IMG/VR virus record: IMGVR_UViG_3300017782_004332
Coordinates: 32,001-96,000 of that record
Reading direction: 5' to 3' (one strand)
Length of the DNA stretch: 64,000 nt
From: a virus
Shown here one piece after another: positions 37,279-48,369 of this stretch (position 1 is its first letter; every line of letters starts with the position of its first letter). The notes under the pieces were generated by a model. The model was not told the origin of the DNA, did no database searches, and saw only the letters and a program-made list of their open reading frames with translations. A program made the translations under genes and the position numbers.

Positions 37279-37777
37279 AAGTGTTAACGCACTAACCGAA
37301 TCACAAGATACTGTATTTGCTGTTGTTTCAGAACTTATCCATTCAGATAAAGTTAAAGGACAAATACTTTTCATGCAACAAGCAGATGGACCTACTTTAA
37401 TTAAAGGTCGTGTTACAGGTCTTGAACCTGGCAAACACGGATTTCATGTTCATCAATTTGGTGATCTGTCAGATGGTTGTGATTCTGCCGGCCCTCATTT
37501 TGATCCTGATGGTGTTGACCATGGTGATCTTGATAAAGGACATGTCGGTGATTTAGGAAATATCACAGCGAACACTTCCGGCATAGCCGATTTCACTATA
37601 GTTGCAAAAAGAGTGGATCTTGTAGGAGATCGTAGCATTGTTGGTCGTGCTATTGTTATTCATGCCGACGAAGATGACTTAGGTAAAGGCGGCGATGAAG
37701 AATCACTTAAAACAGGAAATGCAGGAGAAAGAGTAGCCTGCGGAATAATTACACTTAAAGATAAATCAGGAGAATAA
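37214..37777 (+). CDS. sodC: Cu/Zn superoxide dismutase
   Basis: GLEPGKHGFHVHQFGD, GCDSAGPHFDP, HVGDLGNI, SIVGRAIVIHADEDDLG, TGNAGERVACG; start at ATG 37214 (TAAATA-N5-ATG). Confidence 0.95.
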   Translation: MKITELTNTSCPRTKAKQCQCESVNALTESQDTVFAVVSELIHSDKVKGQILFMQQADGPTLIKGRVTGLEPGKHGFHVHQFGDLSDGCDSAGPHFDPDGVDHGDLDKGHVGDLGNITANTSGIADFTIVAKRVDLVGDRSIVGRAIVIHADEDDLGKGGDEESLKTGNAGERVACGIITLKDKSGE

Positions 37778-37780
37778 ATC

Positions 37781-37999
37781 ATGTTAAATTGGTTGAAAAA
37801 AGTTTTCTTGCCGGCTGTTGAGGATATCGATGCGTTGGTATTAGAAAAGCAGGTGATTGAAAAGAAAGCAGAACTAACAAAAATGACTAAAGTACAACTT
37901 GAAAAATTAGGTCGTGCTTATGATGTTGAATTAGACCGTAGATTAACTAAAGCAAAACTAGTTGATCAATTATGGAAAGTAGTAAAACCTAAAAAATAA
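37781..37999 (+). CDS. Small protein with Rho-N/SAP-like helical motif
   Basis: LTKMTKVQLEKLGR....ELDRRLTKAKLVDQL. Confidence 0.65.
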   Translation: MLNWLKKVFLPAVEDIDALVLEKQVIEKKAELTKMTKVQLEKLGRAYDVELDRRLTKAKLVDQLWKVVKPKK

Positions 38000-38009
38000 G
38001 GAGAACACA

Positions 38010-38183
38010 ATGGTAGATAAATTTAAAGGCTGGGTAGAAAAACGTTTTAAAGAACGTACATCTTGGGACGGAGCAATGCTTGTCCTACTAGGAGTTTTAG
38101 TATTAATTGCTAAACCAATTGCAGGCTTACTTGCATATGCGGCTATCGCATATGGTGCTTGGACTATTTGGAAATCAGAATAA
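38010..38183 (+). CDS. Small membrane protein (57 aa)
   Basis: MVDKFKGWVEKRFKERTSWDGAML...AYGAWTIWKSE; AAGGAG SD; not in ORF track. Confidence 0.7.
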   Translation: MVDKFKGWVEKRFKERTSWDGAMLVLLGVLVLIAKPIAGLLAYAAIAYGAWTIWKSE

Positions 38184-38471
38184 TTAATTTTTTCCAATTG
38201 GTTTGTCTGTGCTTACAGCCAAATCCCAAACTAATCGTTTCTCAACGCCACGCTTTTGAGCAAAGCGTTTAGGATCACATTGAGGGCAAACGTGGAAATA
38301 GTTGTTACTTAAACGTCTAGGATCCACTTTGCCTTTCTCTCTATTAAACTCTTGTTCACAACTGTCGCACTTAAATACAACTACTGTACGTTTTCGAGTA
38401 TATGGATGAAATTTGCCTGTACGACTCTTACGCACATATGATTTTGTAACAATATCTTCTCTTACAAACAT
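38184..38471 (-). CDS. Basic zinc-ribbon protein
   Basis: CDSC...HVCPQC; TAAATA-N5-ATG on minus strand. Confidence 0.7.
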   Translation of the reverse strand: MFVREDIVTKSYVRKSRTGKFHPYTRKRTVVVFKCDSCEQEFNREKGKVDPRRLSNNYFHVCPQCDPKRFAQKRGVEKRLVWDLAVSTDKPIGKN

Positions 38472-38524
38472 ATTGTTATTTACACTTTACATTCGGTTTA
38501 TAAAAAGAAAGGCTAAATATTGTC

Positions 38525-38848
38525 ATGAGCATAGTAAGTTTAACAGAAAATGCAAGAGAACGCATGGAAGTAATGCTTAAAGAGCATGAAAAAAATGTTG
38601 TTAGACTAGCATTAAAAGGCGGTGGATGTGCTGGTTTTAGTTATGAATGGACTTTAGATGATGAAGTACAAAACGACGACGAAGCAATTGAACTTGAAAC
38701 TGGCAAATTTGCTATAGATGCAACGAGTATAATGTACTTGTTAGGAAGTACAATTGATTACAAAAAGGAAGTATTTGGATCATATTTTGCAATAAACAAC
38801 CCTAAATCAACATCGAGTTGTGGATGCGGAGAATCAGTAGGATTTTAA
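38525..38848 (+). CDS. iscA: Fe-S cluster assembly A-type carrier (IscA/HesB)
   Basis: GGGCAGFSY, YLLGSTIDY, NP...SCGCGES. Confidence 0.93.
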   Translation: MSIVSLTENARERMEVMLKEHEKNVVRLALKGGGCAGFSYEWTLDDEVQNDDEAIELETGKFAIDATSIMYLLGSTIDYKKEVFGSYFAINNPKSTSSCGCGESVGF

Positions 38849-38851
38849 AAA

Positions 38852-41800
38852 ATGGCACGTAAAACAATTAACATTGGTACAACAGGTAACGACGCTACCG
38901 GCGATAGTATTAGAGAAGGCTTTAATAAAGTCAATCAGAACTTTACTGAAATCTATGCATCATTAGGACTTGGCGGCGGATTAACATTTACATCTTTAGA
39001 CGACACTCCACCAACACTCACTGCTAACACAGTATTAACAACTAACACAGCAGGTGATGCTGTTAGTGCAAGAGTAATTGAAGGTGAAGGTATTGCAGTT
39101 GATTTTACATCTGATCCTACTAAACTTAAATTACGAACAACTGGTACAGAAATTAGATTAGATACAACTCCAGAACTTGGTGGTGACTTAAATGCACAAA
39201 CGTTTTTAATTGAAAACTTAGGTACTCCAGTTAAAGATCAAGATGCTGTTACTAAAAAATATGCAGATGACAAGTTTTTAGATGCCTCTGGTGATACTGC
39301 AACAGGTATTATTAAATTACAGGATTCAGGACAGCCAAGAGTACCAAATAGTCAAGACGAAGCAGTCAACAAAAAATATGCTGATACAAAAATAAGACTT
39401 GCTGGTGACTCAATGACTGGACCGTTGGTTCTATCACAATCACCTACATTTACCTCAAGCGAGTTACAAGCGGCTACTAAACAATATGTAGACAATAACA
39501 GTTTTACAAGTAAGAAAAATTTATTCGTAAGCACCAACGGTAGAACAGAATCACAAATGATTGCTGACGGTGTAGACCGAACACAGGTTGGTCGTTCTTT
39601 AGCATACGCATTTGACAATGTTAGAGAAGCGGCGTTCTATGCAGAAAGAATTATTAAAGGTGACATTACACTTAAAGATCAAGGTCTACTAACTGGTGAT
39701 GTTGTTTTTCCTGTACCTGGTAGAAAGCCTGGGCCATACACAGTTAACATGGCGGCCGATGGAACTGAAGATACAACAAATGTTTTAGCAAACAAATTGT
39801 TTGTTAACAACCGAGAATTTATTCAACGCGAAACACTTGCATTTATTGAAGCAGAAATTAACGACGGTGATAACACAGATGACTTTGCTTCTAACTTTAC
39901 ATTTAACAGAGAAAAATGTTTCCGTGATATTGGATTAATTATTGATGCAGTAAGTTTTGATTTAACCTACGTAGGAAATTCAAGAACAGTTGATGCGGCG
40001 GCTTCATATTGGGACGGTGCTACATCAAGAGTAGCAGGACAACAAACCGAAACTGTTGCGGCACTTGTATTTGCTAAGAACCTAATTCAAAACAATGTGT
40101 TGACAAATACTGCTTATGTTGCTCCATCGAACACAGAAAACCCGTATGCTGTTGCACTTATTAATGCAAACAGAGAATACATTGCAGACGAAACTATTGC
40201 TTACATTGAGGCACAAATTGCGGCTGGCGCTGGTATTTGGAACGGATTTACATACGATAAAACAAAATGTGAACGTGATGTAAAAATTATTTTAGATGGT
40301 ATTGCATTTGATTTAAAATACGGTGGTAACTCTGAATCAAGAGAAAATGCTTCACGTTATTGGAACGGTGCTACAAGTTATGTTGCAGGTCAACAGCCAC
40401 AAACAGTTGATGCATTAAACTTTACTAAAGACCTAGTAAGAAATAATATTATTCTAAACACAGCATATGCTTCAAGACAAAGTGTAACTGAACAGGTTAC
40501 TAACAGTAACAACGGTGAAAGTTCAGCAAGTACAAAAATTAATACACTAATGAATATGATTGCTGACGTTATTACTAACGGCTTAGGCAACTTACCTGTA
40601 CTAGAAGGTACTTACAGTAATCAAAGTGGTGCTGAACAATTTATTGATTCATCGGTTATTGCTGAGTCAGGAGCAAGTACTGAAATTGGTAACTTGATGG
40701 ATATTGTTACCAATGTTATTACTAACGGATTAAGTGCATTACCTGCAAAAATTGGCGGAGAAGGTAGAGAACAAAATGTTCCACTACCTGAAGTAACTAT
40801 TCATGTTGAATCAGGATTTTATGAAGAACTTACACCGATTGTACTTCCTGAGAACTGTTCAATCAAAGGCGACGAATTTAGACGTGTAATCATTCAATCT
40901 CAAGTAGGTGTACGTCCACCACAACGTGCATTAGATTTAACATTTGAACGTGGTGATCAAAAACGCTACGATGGTACTGGTACACCCAAAGCGGCACGTT
41001 TCCGTAATCACTATGACTCACAATATTCAAGAGCAGATACAGGAGCCGGTGTTAACCAAACAGGTGCGGCGCAGATTAGATTAAAAGATTTAGTTTATTA
41101 CCCACGTTGGGGGCAATACTTTGAGTACAACGGTACAACTTATTACGTCAAAGAAGTTAGTTTTGATCCTGCTGGTGTAGAAGATTTTACAAGAGCAGAC
41201 TTAACGTTGTATAGTGATATTAACTTAACAACTACTACAACACTTCAAGATGATGTCCCAAATAATACTGTTATTGAATTAAAAATGCTTAACCAACACG
41301 GTGATGTGTTCTTAGTTAATAACTCTACAATTTTAAGAAATATAACAATACGTAGACACCAAGGTGCAGTTATGGTACTTGACCCAGAAGGGCAAATCCT
41401 AACCAAATCACCATACGTACAAACATGTTCTTCGTTCTCATCACAGGGTGGTGCAGGACAACTTGTTGATGGTAATGCAGGTGCACAATATGGTGTAGTT
41501 GTAGATAATCCAGCAAGTGGTGCAACACTTACGCTAAAAGGATTGACTAGAAAAATCCAAGTACCGACTACATTTATATACCAAGGTGCAGGTGGTACAG
41601 AAAAGAAAACATATAGAGTTATTGCTGTAACTGCGCCAGTTGATGACGGCGACGGTAACACACCTGCGACATTTAAACAACAATTAACACTTGCGGCAAC
41701 AACTACTATTACTGTTGATGCTAAAACATTACCTACAGGAACTATACCACAAAATGATGAAATAAGAGTTGAAACTGCTGGTAACAAGTCAATGACATCA

Positions 41801-44800
41801 AATGACTATACACAGATTAACAATGACGGGTATGGATTGATTGCAACAAACAACGGACTAGTTGAAACTGTTTCAGTATTCACATACTATTGTGACACAG
41901 CATATTGGGCAAGAAACGGTGGTCAAATTAGATCATTAAATGGTTCTAACGCTTATGGTAGACTTGCACTTAAAGCAGAAGGTTCAGATCCAAACGAAAA
42001 TATTCAGTCAGGAAGTATTTTCCATAGAGAACTTAACGCTTTGGTTGAATCAGACTCATCAAGAAGAGATTACTCGCAACCATTTAAAATTCATGACCCA
42101 TCAGGTGCAGGTGATATTACAACAGGTGCAACTGATATACCAATTAGAGATTTTGAATTCTTACCTGTTCCAGGAAGTATTTTTAGATTAACACAGTATG
42201 CATCAAATTCAGATACTACTGATTATAAAATTGACGAAGTTGAAGATGTTAGTGTTAATATAACAGCAATTTCAATTGCCGCTGAGGCAGTAATTACAAC
42301 TGACGTTACTCATTATTACAGAGACGGAGCAATGGTGTTCCTAACTGGTGCCAATGCAAATGGTATGACAGGTGTTGACGGTGCCTATTATGTTAAATTA
42401 GTAAATGCAACATCATTTAAACTTTGTACTGACATTGGTTTAACAACTTTCTTAGATACAACCGCAAAAGGAAATCCAAGTTATAATGGTTCAGGTTGTG
42501 TTGCTAAAGGTGGTGGTAGAGCAGTATTAAAACTAGGATCTCAACTAAGCCTTGGTGTTGGAACTACAGTACCAGACGCAAGTGAAGTTATACTTAAACT
42601 AGGTAAAAAGGTATATGTAAGAAACTTAACAGATACTCCTAGAGTTTTACCAAGTTCGGCACTAACATTCGCTACAGGCGATCAAACAGTATTTAGAATT
42701 TTAGGTGTAGAAAGATTAGTAACTAGTGAAGTTGGTGATTCAAACGTTGATCATCAATTAATGAGTTTGGATTTACAATTTCCAGCAGATAGATTTAATG
42801 GCGACGTTGTAAAAGTAACAACTAAAATTTCTACATTAAGAGCAACAGGACATGACTTCTTAAATATTGGTTGGGGTAACTTTGCAAACTCTAACTATCC
42901 AAACAATGTGTTTGGTGCACCAAGTGGACGACCAGACTTTGCTTCAGACCAAGCAAGTGAAGCAGTTGAAGTAGGTGCAGGTAGAGTGTTCTATGCAAGT
43001 ACTGACCAAGATGGTAACTTTAGAGTTGGTAAGTTCTTCCGTGTTAACCAAGGTGATGGATCAGTTGAACTTAATGCAAATATTTCATTAACGAATGTTG
43101 ATGGATTAGGATTTACAAAAGGTACTGTTGTTGATGAATTTAGTACAGATGATAAACTCTTAGGTAAGTCAGATGATGCTGTACCAACAGAAGCAAGTAT
43201 TGTTACATACCTTAATAGTGCTATTATTGGACAACACGAAGATGGTACTGCGTTTCCTGAATGGACAACTACAGGTGCACAGAGTGGTGGAAACTTTGGT
43301 GTTTTAACTAGAGCAGGATACAATAGTACAAACCTTTCTTGGAATAGAATGTATGGTGAACTTAATATGGGCACCAACAAAATTACAAACATCTCAATGA
43401 CAGGCGCTCAAGATGTTGACGGTGTAAACAAATTATATGCTGACAATGTATTCCGAGGCGGAACAACAGATAGTATTAGAACAGATGTAAAATCATTTAC
43501 TATGTTAAATGATAGTACAGTTGATAGTGGTGCTATTGATATGGCGGGTAATAGAATTAAATCTTTAAGAGATCCGTTTGATGGGTCTGATGCTGTAACA
43601 AAACAATATGTTGATGAACAAAATAGAATAGGTGGCCTAGAAGGTGTTACTGTAACTGGTGATCCAAGCAATACAGATTTACTAATGTTTAGCGGAACTA
43701 ACCACACAGATGGTTTAGGTAATGCAATTCAAGGTGCTGTAAATGTTGCATTAGATACTACTATAGATAACACAGGCGGAAGTCCAACATTTGGTGAGCC
43801 AACTGGCACAGGTTCAGATATTAGATTTACTAGAATTAATAATGAGATTAATATTCAACTTGCTAGTGGTGCAGTTAAAAATGCAGACATAAGTGCGGCG
43901 GCGGCAGTAGCACAAAGTAAATTGAATATGAATGCGGCAACTACTAGAGTAAATGCTTCAGGTATTACACAAGCAGATTTAGGTCTAGCAAGTTTTGATA
44001 GTACAGAATTTTCAGCAACAAGTGGTTGGATAGAATTAAAAACTCCAACATTGGCCAATCCAAATGATGGTGTAACATTAGATAAAATAGAATTTATTAC
44101 AGGTACAAGTATACTTGGTAACAGTTCAGGTAGTGAAGATGCTGTAACTGCTCTTACACCGGCACAGGTTAGAACACTTATTGATTTTAATAACTCAGTT
44201 GAATCATACATTGATGAAAACGTTTTAGATACTAACGGTGCTATTGTTAAAACTGGTGGTACTATGACAGGTACTTTACAAACACTTAACGTAAGACCTG
44301 CAAGTAACGAAACTAGTGATTTAGGACAATCAACAGCACGTTATAATACGCTACATTCAAAACAAGTTAACACAGATACAATTCAAGAAGCACGTGGTAA
44401 TATAGTAAACATCACAGCAATCACTCAAGCAGATCCGGCAGTTATTACAACAAGTGTTGCTCATAATTTTAAAAATGGCGATAAAGTTAAATTCCTTGGT
44501 GTAGGAGGAATGACTGAAATTAACGGATTACAAAAATTCGTTGGCGGAGTAACATCAAACGGTTTTGAAATTTATGAGGATTCTGGATTATCAAACGGTA
44601 CTGATACAACAGGATTTACAACATACACATCAGGTGGTACAGCAAATACAGTATTTGATTTAGTATTAGGTACAGATGGAACAGCAATTCTTATACTTGA
44701 TAAAGGTAACAGTTATACTGACAGTAGATTTATTGGTAGTACTGATAAGTTAACCACTGCAAGAACTATTACATTTACAGGTGCGGCAACAGGCACAGTT

Positions 44801-45451
44801 GATTTCGACGGTAGTACAGATGTTAGTGTGGCATTATCAGCGGCAGTGGCGGCAGGTTCTCCATATGATGGAACCTACATGCGTAGAAACGGTTTAACAG
44901 AAGATTCAAACATGACTGGTGTACTTGGATCTAAAGCAATTATGCCAAGTGCAAGTGTATCCGGTGGTACAAACGTAGCGGCAGATGCAACATATGATAT
45001 TGGTGAAACAAGTAACAGATATAATAATGTATATGCTGTAAGATTTGAAGGTGTTGCTTCAGAAGCAGAGTTTGCTGACTTGGCAGAGAAATACCTAGCA
45101 GATACAAATTACGAAAACGGAACAGTATTAATGTTTGGTGGCGAACAAGAAGTAACTGCTTCGAATCAACAAGGAACTACTAAAGTTGCTGGAGTAGTTT
45201 CAACAGCACCAGGGTACACAATGAATAATAAATTAGAAGGTGAACATGTTACAATGTTAGCACTACAAGGTAGAGTACCTTGTAAGGTAGTTGGAACCAT
45301 TGAAAAAGGTGACATGATTGTTGCAAGTTCAATTACTGGTGTTGGAACAGCAAGTGACGATCCGAGATTAGGATCAGTTATAGGTAAAGCACTAGAAAAT
45401 TACAACAGCGATAGCGTAGGCGTTATTGAAGTTGTAGTTGGAAGACAGTAA
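38852..45451 (+). CDS. Giant virion structural protein (baseplate/tail fibre, VrlC-like), 2199 aa
   Basis: T4 gp9/gp10-like N-terminus INIGTTGNDATGDSIREGFNKVNQNF; DAVTKKY repeats; KCxRD repeats; SPYVQTCS; C-terminal ADLAEKY...GRVPCKV domain. Confidence 0.85.
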   Translation: MARKTINIGTTGNDATGDSIREGFNKVNQNFTEIYASLGLGGGLTFTSLDDTPPTLTANTVLTTNTAGDAVSARVIEGEGIAVDFTSDPTKLKLRTTGTEIRLDTTPELGGDLNAQTFLIENLGTPVKDQDAVTKKYADDKFLDASGDTATGIIKLQDSGQPRVPNSQDEAVNKKYADTKIRLAGDSMTGPLVLSQSPTFTSSELQAATKQYVDNNSFTSKKNLFVSTNGRTESQMIADGVDRTQVGRSLAYAFDNVREAAFYAERIIKGDITLKDQGLLTGDVVFPVPGRKPGPYTVNMAADGTEDTTNVLANKLFVNNREFIQRETLAFIEAEINDGDNTDDFASNFTFNREKCFRDIGLIIDAVSFDLTYVGNSRTVDAAASYWDGATSRVAGQQTETVAALVFAKNLIQNNVLTNTAYVAPSNTENPYAVALINANREYIADETIAYIEAQIAAGAGIWNGFTYDKTKCERDVKIILDGIAFDLKYGGNSESRENASRYWNGATSYVAGQQPQTVDALNFTKDLVRNNIILNTAYASRQSVTEQVTNSNNGESSASTKINTLMNMIADVITNGLGNLPVLEGTYSNQSGAEQFIDSSVIAESGASTEIGNLMDIVTNVITNGLSALPAKIGGEGREQNVPLPEVTIHVESGFYEELTPIVLPENCSIKGDEFRRVIIQSQVGVRPPQRALDLTFERGDQKRYDGTGTPKAARFRNHYDSQYSRADTGAGVNQTGAAQIRLKDLVYYPRWGQYFEYNGTTYYVKEVSFDPAGVEDFTRADLTLYSDINLTTTTTLQDDVPNNTVIELKMLNQHGDVFLVNNSTILRNITIRRHQGAVMVLDPEGQILTKSPYVQTCSSFSSQGGAGQLVDGNAGAQYGVVVDNPASGATLTLKGLTRKIQVPTTFIYQGAGGTEKKTYRVIAVTAPVDDGDGNTPATFKQQLTLAATTTITVDAKTLPTGTIPQNDEIRVETAGNKSMTSNDYTQINNDGYGLIATNNGLVETVSVFTYYCDTAYWARNGGQIRSLNGSNAYGRLALKAEGSDPNENIQSGSIFHRELNALVESDSSRRDYSQPFKIHDPSGAGDITTGATDIPIRDFEFLPVPGSIFRLTQYASNSDTTDYKIDEVEDVSVNITAISIAAEAVITTDVTHYYRDGAMVFLTGANANGMTGVDGAYYVKLVNATSFKLCTDIGLTTFLDTTAKGNPSYNGSGCVAKGGGRAVLKLGSQLSLGVGTTVPDASEVILKLGKKVYVRNLTDTPRVLPSSALTFATGDQTVFRILGVERLVTSEVGDSNVDHQLMSLDLQFPADRFNGDVVKVTTKISTLRATGHDFLNIGWGNFANSNYPNNVFGAPSGRPDFASDQASEAVEVGAGRVFYASTDQDGNFRVGKFFRVNQGDGSVELNANISLTNVDGLGFTKGTVVDEFSTDDKLLGKSDDAVPTEASIVTYLNSAIIGQHEDGTAFPEWTTTGAQSGGNFGVLTRAGYNSTNLSWNRMYGELNMGTNKITNISMTGAQDVDGVNKLYADNVFRGGTTDSIRTDVKSFTMLNDSTVDSGAIDMAGNRIKSLRDPFDGSDAVTKQYVDEQNRIGGLEGVTVTGDPSNTDLLMFSGTNHTDGLGNAIQGAVNVALDTTIDNTGGSPTFGEPTGTGSDIRFTRINNEINIQLASGAVKNADISAAAAVAQSKLNMNAATTRVNASGITQADLGLASFDSTEFSATSGWIELKTPTLANPNDGVTLDKIEFITGTSILGNSSGSEDAVTALTPAQVRTLIDFNNSVESYIDENVLDTNGAIVKTGGTMTGTLQTLNVRPASNETSDLGQSTARYNTLHSKQVNTDTIQEARGNIVNITAITQADPAVITTSVAHNFKNGDKVKFLGVGGMTEINGLQKFVGGVTSNGFEIYEDSGLSNGTDTTGFTTYTSGGTANTVFDLVLGTDGTAILILDKGNSYTDSRFIGSTDKLTTARTITFTGAATGTVDFDGSTDVSVALSAAVAAGSPYDGTYMRRNGLTEDSNMTGVLGSKAIMPSASVSGGTNVAADATYDIGETSNRYNNVYAVRFEGVASEAEFADLAEKYLADTNYENGTVLMFGGEQEVTASNQQGTTKVAGVVSTAPGYTMNNKLEGEHVTMLALQGRVPCKVVGTIEKGDMIVASSITGVGTASDDPRLGSVIGKALENYNSDSVGVIEVVVGRQ

Positions 45452-45471
45452 ATACAGTATAGGAAAAGATT

Positions 45472-48369
45472 ATGGCAGACGTAGTTAAAATTGGTAATAA
45501 CGTAAACGACGGGACAGGTGATGATCTAAGAACGGCGTTTGAAAAAGTTAACGCCAAATTTGTAGAAGTCGACGCTAGAGGCGGCGAAAGTAATACAGGT
45601 TTGAACTTAGGTACAGAAGCGGCTGACGGTCAGGCTGTGTTTGCTAGTAAGAGCGGTTTCAATTTACAATTTAAAAGAATTAAAAGTGCAGATCCTGCAA
45701 GATTAACAATTACCAGTGATGGTGAAAGTATTATACTTGATAACAGTGCTGTTGATAATCCTGCTGTAAGAACTATACAGTGGAGTAATGATATAAACAA
45801 TGTCAATAATTCCATAACAACTTCCACTGGACAAGAAAGTGTTGGTATTGTTGGTGGATCTAATATTACATTATCACAGACTGGAAGAAACTTATTAATC
45901 AGTGGTTCATTTACTGTTGACCAAGATAGTACACCTGAACTAGGTGGCAATCTTGCAATGCAAAGTAATAACATTATTGGCCCTGGTGAAATTACAAGTT
46001 TAACAAATATTGAATCTGCTGATGCATTATTAACTGAAGCAACAGTATCAAACCAACTTACTGTTACCGGATTAACAACTTTAACAGGTGTAGTTACTGC
46101 TACAGGCGGAGTAACTGGTAATGTTACAGGTAATGTAACTGGTAATGTAACTGGAAACTTAATTGGTGGGTTGGGATCAAATCTTGCTACCAACGGATAC
46201 ACAATTGAAGGCGGACATAGATTTAAATTGCGTAGAGGTGATCCTGCAAACAATGTTCTTGCAGATGAGATAGCAGACGGTGATTTCTATGTACAACTAG
46301 ACGAAGTGTCGCCAACTGCGGCATTTAGACGTATAGGTACAGAGAACGATCAAATTGAATCATTCTTAACTGTAAGTAACCATACTACTCAAGGAAGTGT
46401 AAACACTGGTATGGGTGTTGGTATTGATTATTTAATTGGTACATCAACTGGCGTTGGTGAGTCATTAGGACAATTAGGTGCATATAGAAATTCAGGATCT
46501 GTTAATGCGTTTATTATTCAACCAATTGATCCACTTAATCCAATTGGTGAAACATTTGCTCCAGTAGCAGAGTTTAAAAGCAATAACGAAATTCTTTTAG
46601 GGTCCGGTGAAGGACAAATTAAAATTAGTGCAGGTACTATCGAAACTGTTGGTACTTCAAATAATAACTTACAATTAAATGCAGACGGTGCAGGCTATGT
46701 TGACTTTTATGGTGCATACCAAGTACCAAGAACTATTGGACAAGCAGGACAAGTTCTTAAAGTTCCTACTAGCGGTACAGTATTAGAATGGGGAACTGGC
46801 GGCGGCGGTGGCGGACAACCAGAGGCTATTAGTGGAATAACACAAGCAAACCCAGGTGTTGTAACAACAACAGATGCACACGGATTAGGTGACGGTCAAG
46901 CAGTAACATTAACTGATGTTGTTGGAATGACAGAAGTTAACGGAAACGAATACTATGCTGACGTGTTAACATCAAATACCTTTGCATTGTACAGCAATGA
47001 TAATTTAAGTACAACAGTTGATACTACAGGCTTTACAGCATACACATCAGGTGGTTTTGCAACTGGTGAAGCAAGTGGATCAGGATCAGTTGACTTTGTT
47101 GGCTTAACAGACACACCAAGTTCTTATGCAGGTGCGGCAGGCGATGCTGATAAAGTATTGCAAGTTAACGCAACAGGTAATGGTATTGAATTTACAACTA
47201 TTGACAACATTATAGATAGTACATACATTGAAGGCAAAGGCTTTATGCCTAAGTCCGGAGGAACATTTAGTGGTGATGTTACAGTATTAGATATTATAGC
47301 AACTGCAAACACAGATATTGGTTCAGTTGGAACTCCAGCAAGAGACATTTATGCACAAAACTTTAGAGGACAACACGTTGGTGCTGTTATAGGTAACGTT
47401 ACAGGTAATGTAACAGGAAATACAACAGGAGACGTAACAGGTAATGTAACAGGTAATATTACAAGCACAGGAACCAGCACACTTAATAATGTTACTTTAA
47501 CAGGTGCATTATCAGTTAGCGGTGGTAGTATTACTGCAAATATTGCAGGTAATGTTACAGGTAATGTTACAGGTAATGTAACAGGTAACACAACTGGTAT
47601 TCACAACGGTAATGTAAATGCTACTAGCGGAACAAGTGTGTTTAACATTACTAATGTTGCTAGTTTAAGTGCAACAGGTAACGTAACTGCAAATTCATTT
47701 ACAGGTGATATTACAAGTCCAATTAATAGTACATTTGATAGCCTAACTGTTAGCGGAACAATTTCAAACGCATCGGGTGATCTAGAACTTAATGATAATA
47801 CAAATGTTACAGGAACTCTAACAGTAAGTGGTGTAACAACTATTAACAATAAATTAGATGTTAACGGACAAATTGATTTAGGTGATTTACGTATTGATGC
47901 AAATAATATTGAAACACAAACATCAAACAGTAACTTAAGAATTTCTGCTAATGGTACAGGTAACTTAGAACTAGAAGGTGATATAAGATTAAATGGCACT
48001 GTAAGTTTAAGTGGAACTAATGAATTAATTATTGGCTCTACACAGTCTCCATCAACAATTAATATGTCATCTACAGTGACATTTGTTACTGTTAATGATT
48101 GGACAAGTGCAAGTGCAGGATTAGGTTTTGCAACATTACCTGATGCTACATCAGAAGGGCAGATGAAAATACTTAAAATGAAATCACGAGGTGTTTATTC
48201 ATTAGATGGTATTTCAACGTTTGATAGATATTTAGAAGTATCTTTAACAATTAATGGTGCCACAAGTACACTTGATCTAAGTAATGGGACAAATAACGAG
48301 CACGGCGCCCTTACACTTATTTGGCACTCTGGAAGTTGGTGGTTGATAAGTGAATACATTGAAGCATAA
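45472..48369 (+). CDS. Virion baseplate/tail fibre protein
   Basis: IGNNVNDGTGDDLRTAFEKVN N-terminus, TPELGGNL, GNVT repeats, LTDTPSSY. Confidence 0.82.
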   Translation: MADVVKIGNNVNDGTGDDLRTAFEKVNAKFVEVDARGGESNTGLNLGTEAADGQAVFASKSGFNLQFKRIKSADPARLTITSDGESIILDNSAVDNPAVRTIQWSNDINNVNNSITTSTGQESVGIVGGSNITLSQTGRNLLISGSFTVDQDSTPELGGNLAMQSNNIIGPGEITSLTNIESADALLTEATVSNQLTVTGLTTLTGVVTATGGVTGNVTGNVTGNVTGNLIGGLGSNLATNGYTIEGGHRFKLRRGDPANNVLADEIADGDFYVQLDEVSPTAAFRRIGTENDQIESFLTVSNHTTQGSVNTGMGVGIDYLIGTSTGVGESLGQLGAYRNSGSVNAFIIQPIDPLNPIGETFAPVAEFKSNNEILLGSGEGQIKISAGTIETVGTSNNNLQLNADGAGYVDFYGAYQVPRTIGQAGQVLKVPTSGTVLEWGTGGGGGGQPEAISGITQANPGVVTTTDAHGLGDGQAVTLTDVVGMTEVNGNEYYADVLTSNTFALYSNDNLSTTVDTTGFTAYTSGGFATGEASGSGSVDFVGLTDTPSSYAGAAGDADKVLQVNATGNGIEFTTIDNIIDSTYIEGKGFMPKSGGTFSGDVTVLDIIATANTDIGSVGTPARDIYAQNFRGQHVGAVIGNVTGNVTGNTTGDVTGNVTGNITSTGTSTLNNVTLTGALSVSGGSITANIAGNVTGNVTGNVTGNTTGIHNGNVNATSGTSVFNITNVASLSATGNVTANSFTGDITSPINSTFDSLTVSGTISNASGDLELNDNTNVTGTLTVSGVTTINNKLDVNGQIDLGDLRIDANNIETQTSNSNLRISANGTGNLELEGDIRLNGTVSLSGTNELIIGSTQSPSTINMSSTVTFVTVNDWTSASAGLGFATLPDATSEGQMKILKMKSRGVYSLDGISTFDRYLEVSLTINGATSTLDLSNGTNNEHGALTLIWHSGSWWLISEYIEA
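46108..46158 (+). repeat. 12-nt coding tandem repeat (GNVT)
   Basis: GGTAATGT(T/A)AC(A/T) units. Confidence 0.8.
47392..47600 (+). repeat. Two further blocks of 12-nt GNVT coding repeats
   Basis: GGTAATGTAACA-type units at about 47392-47463 and 47548-47600. Confidence 0.75.

Noticed and set aside
46108-47600. CRISPR array or diversity-generating retroelement repeats
   Set aside because: Repeats are in-frame 12-nt GNVT coding units without spacers; no cas gene or reverse transcriptase in the window
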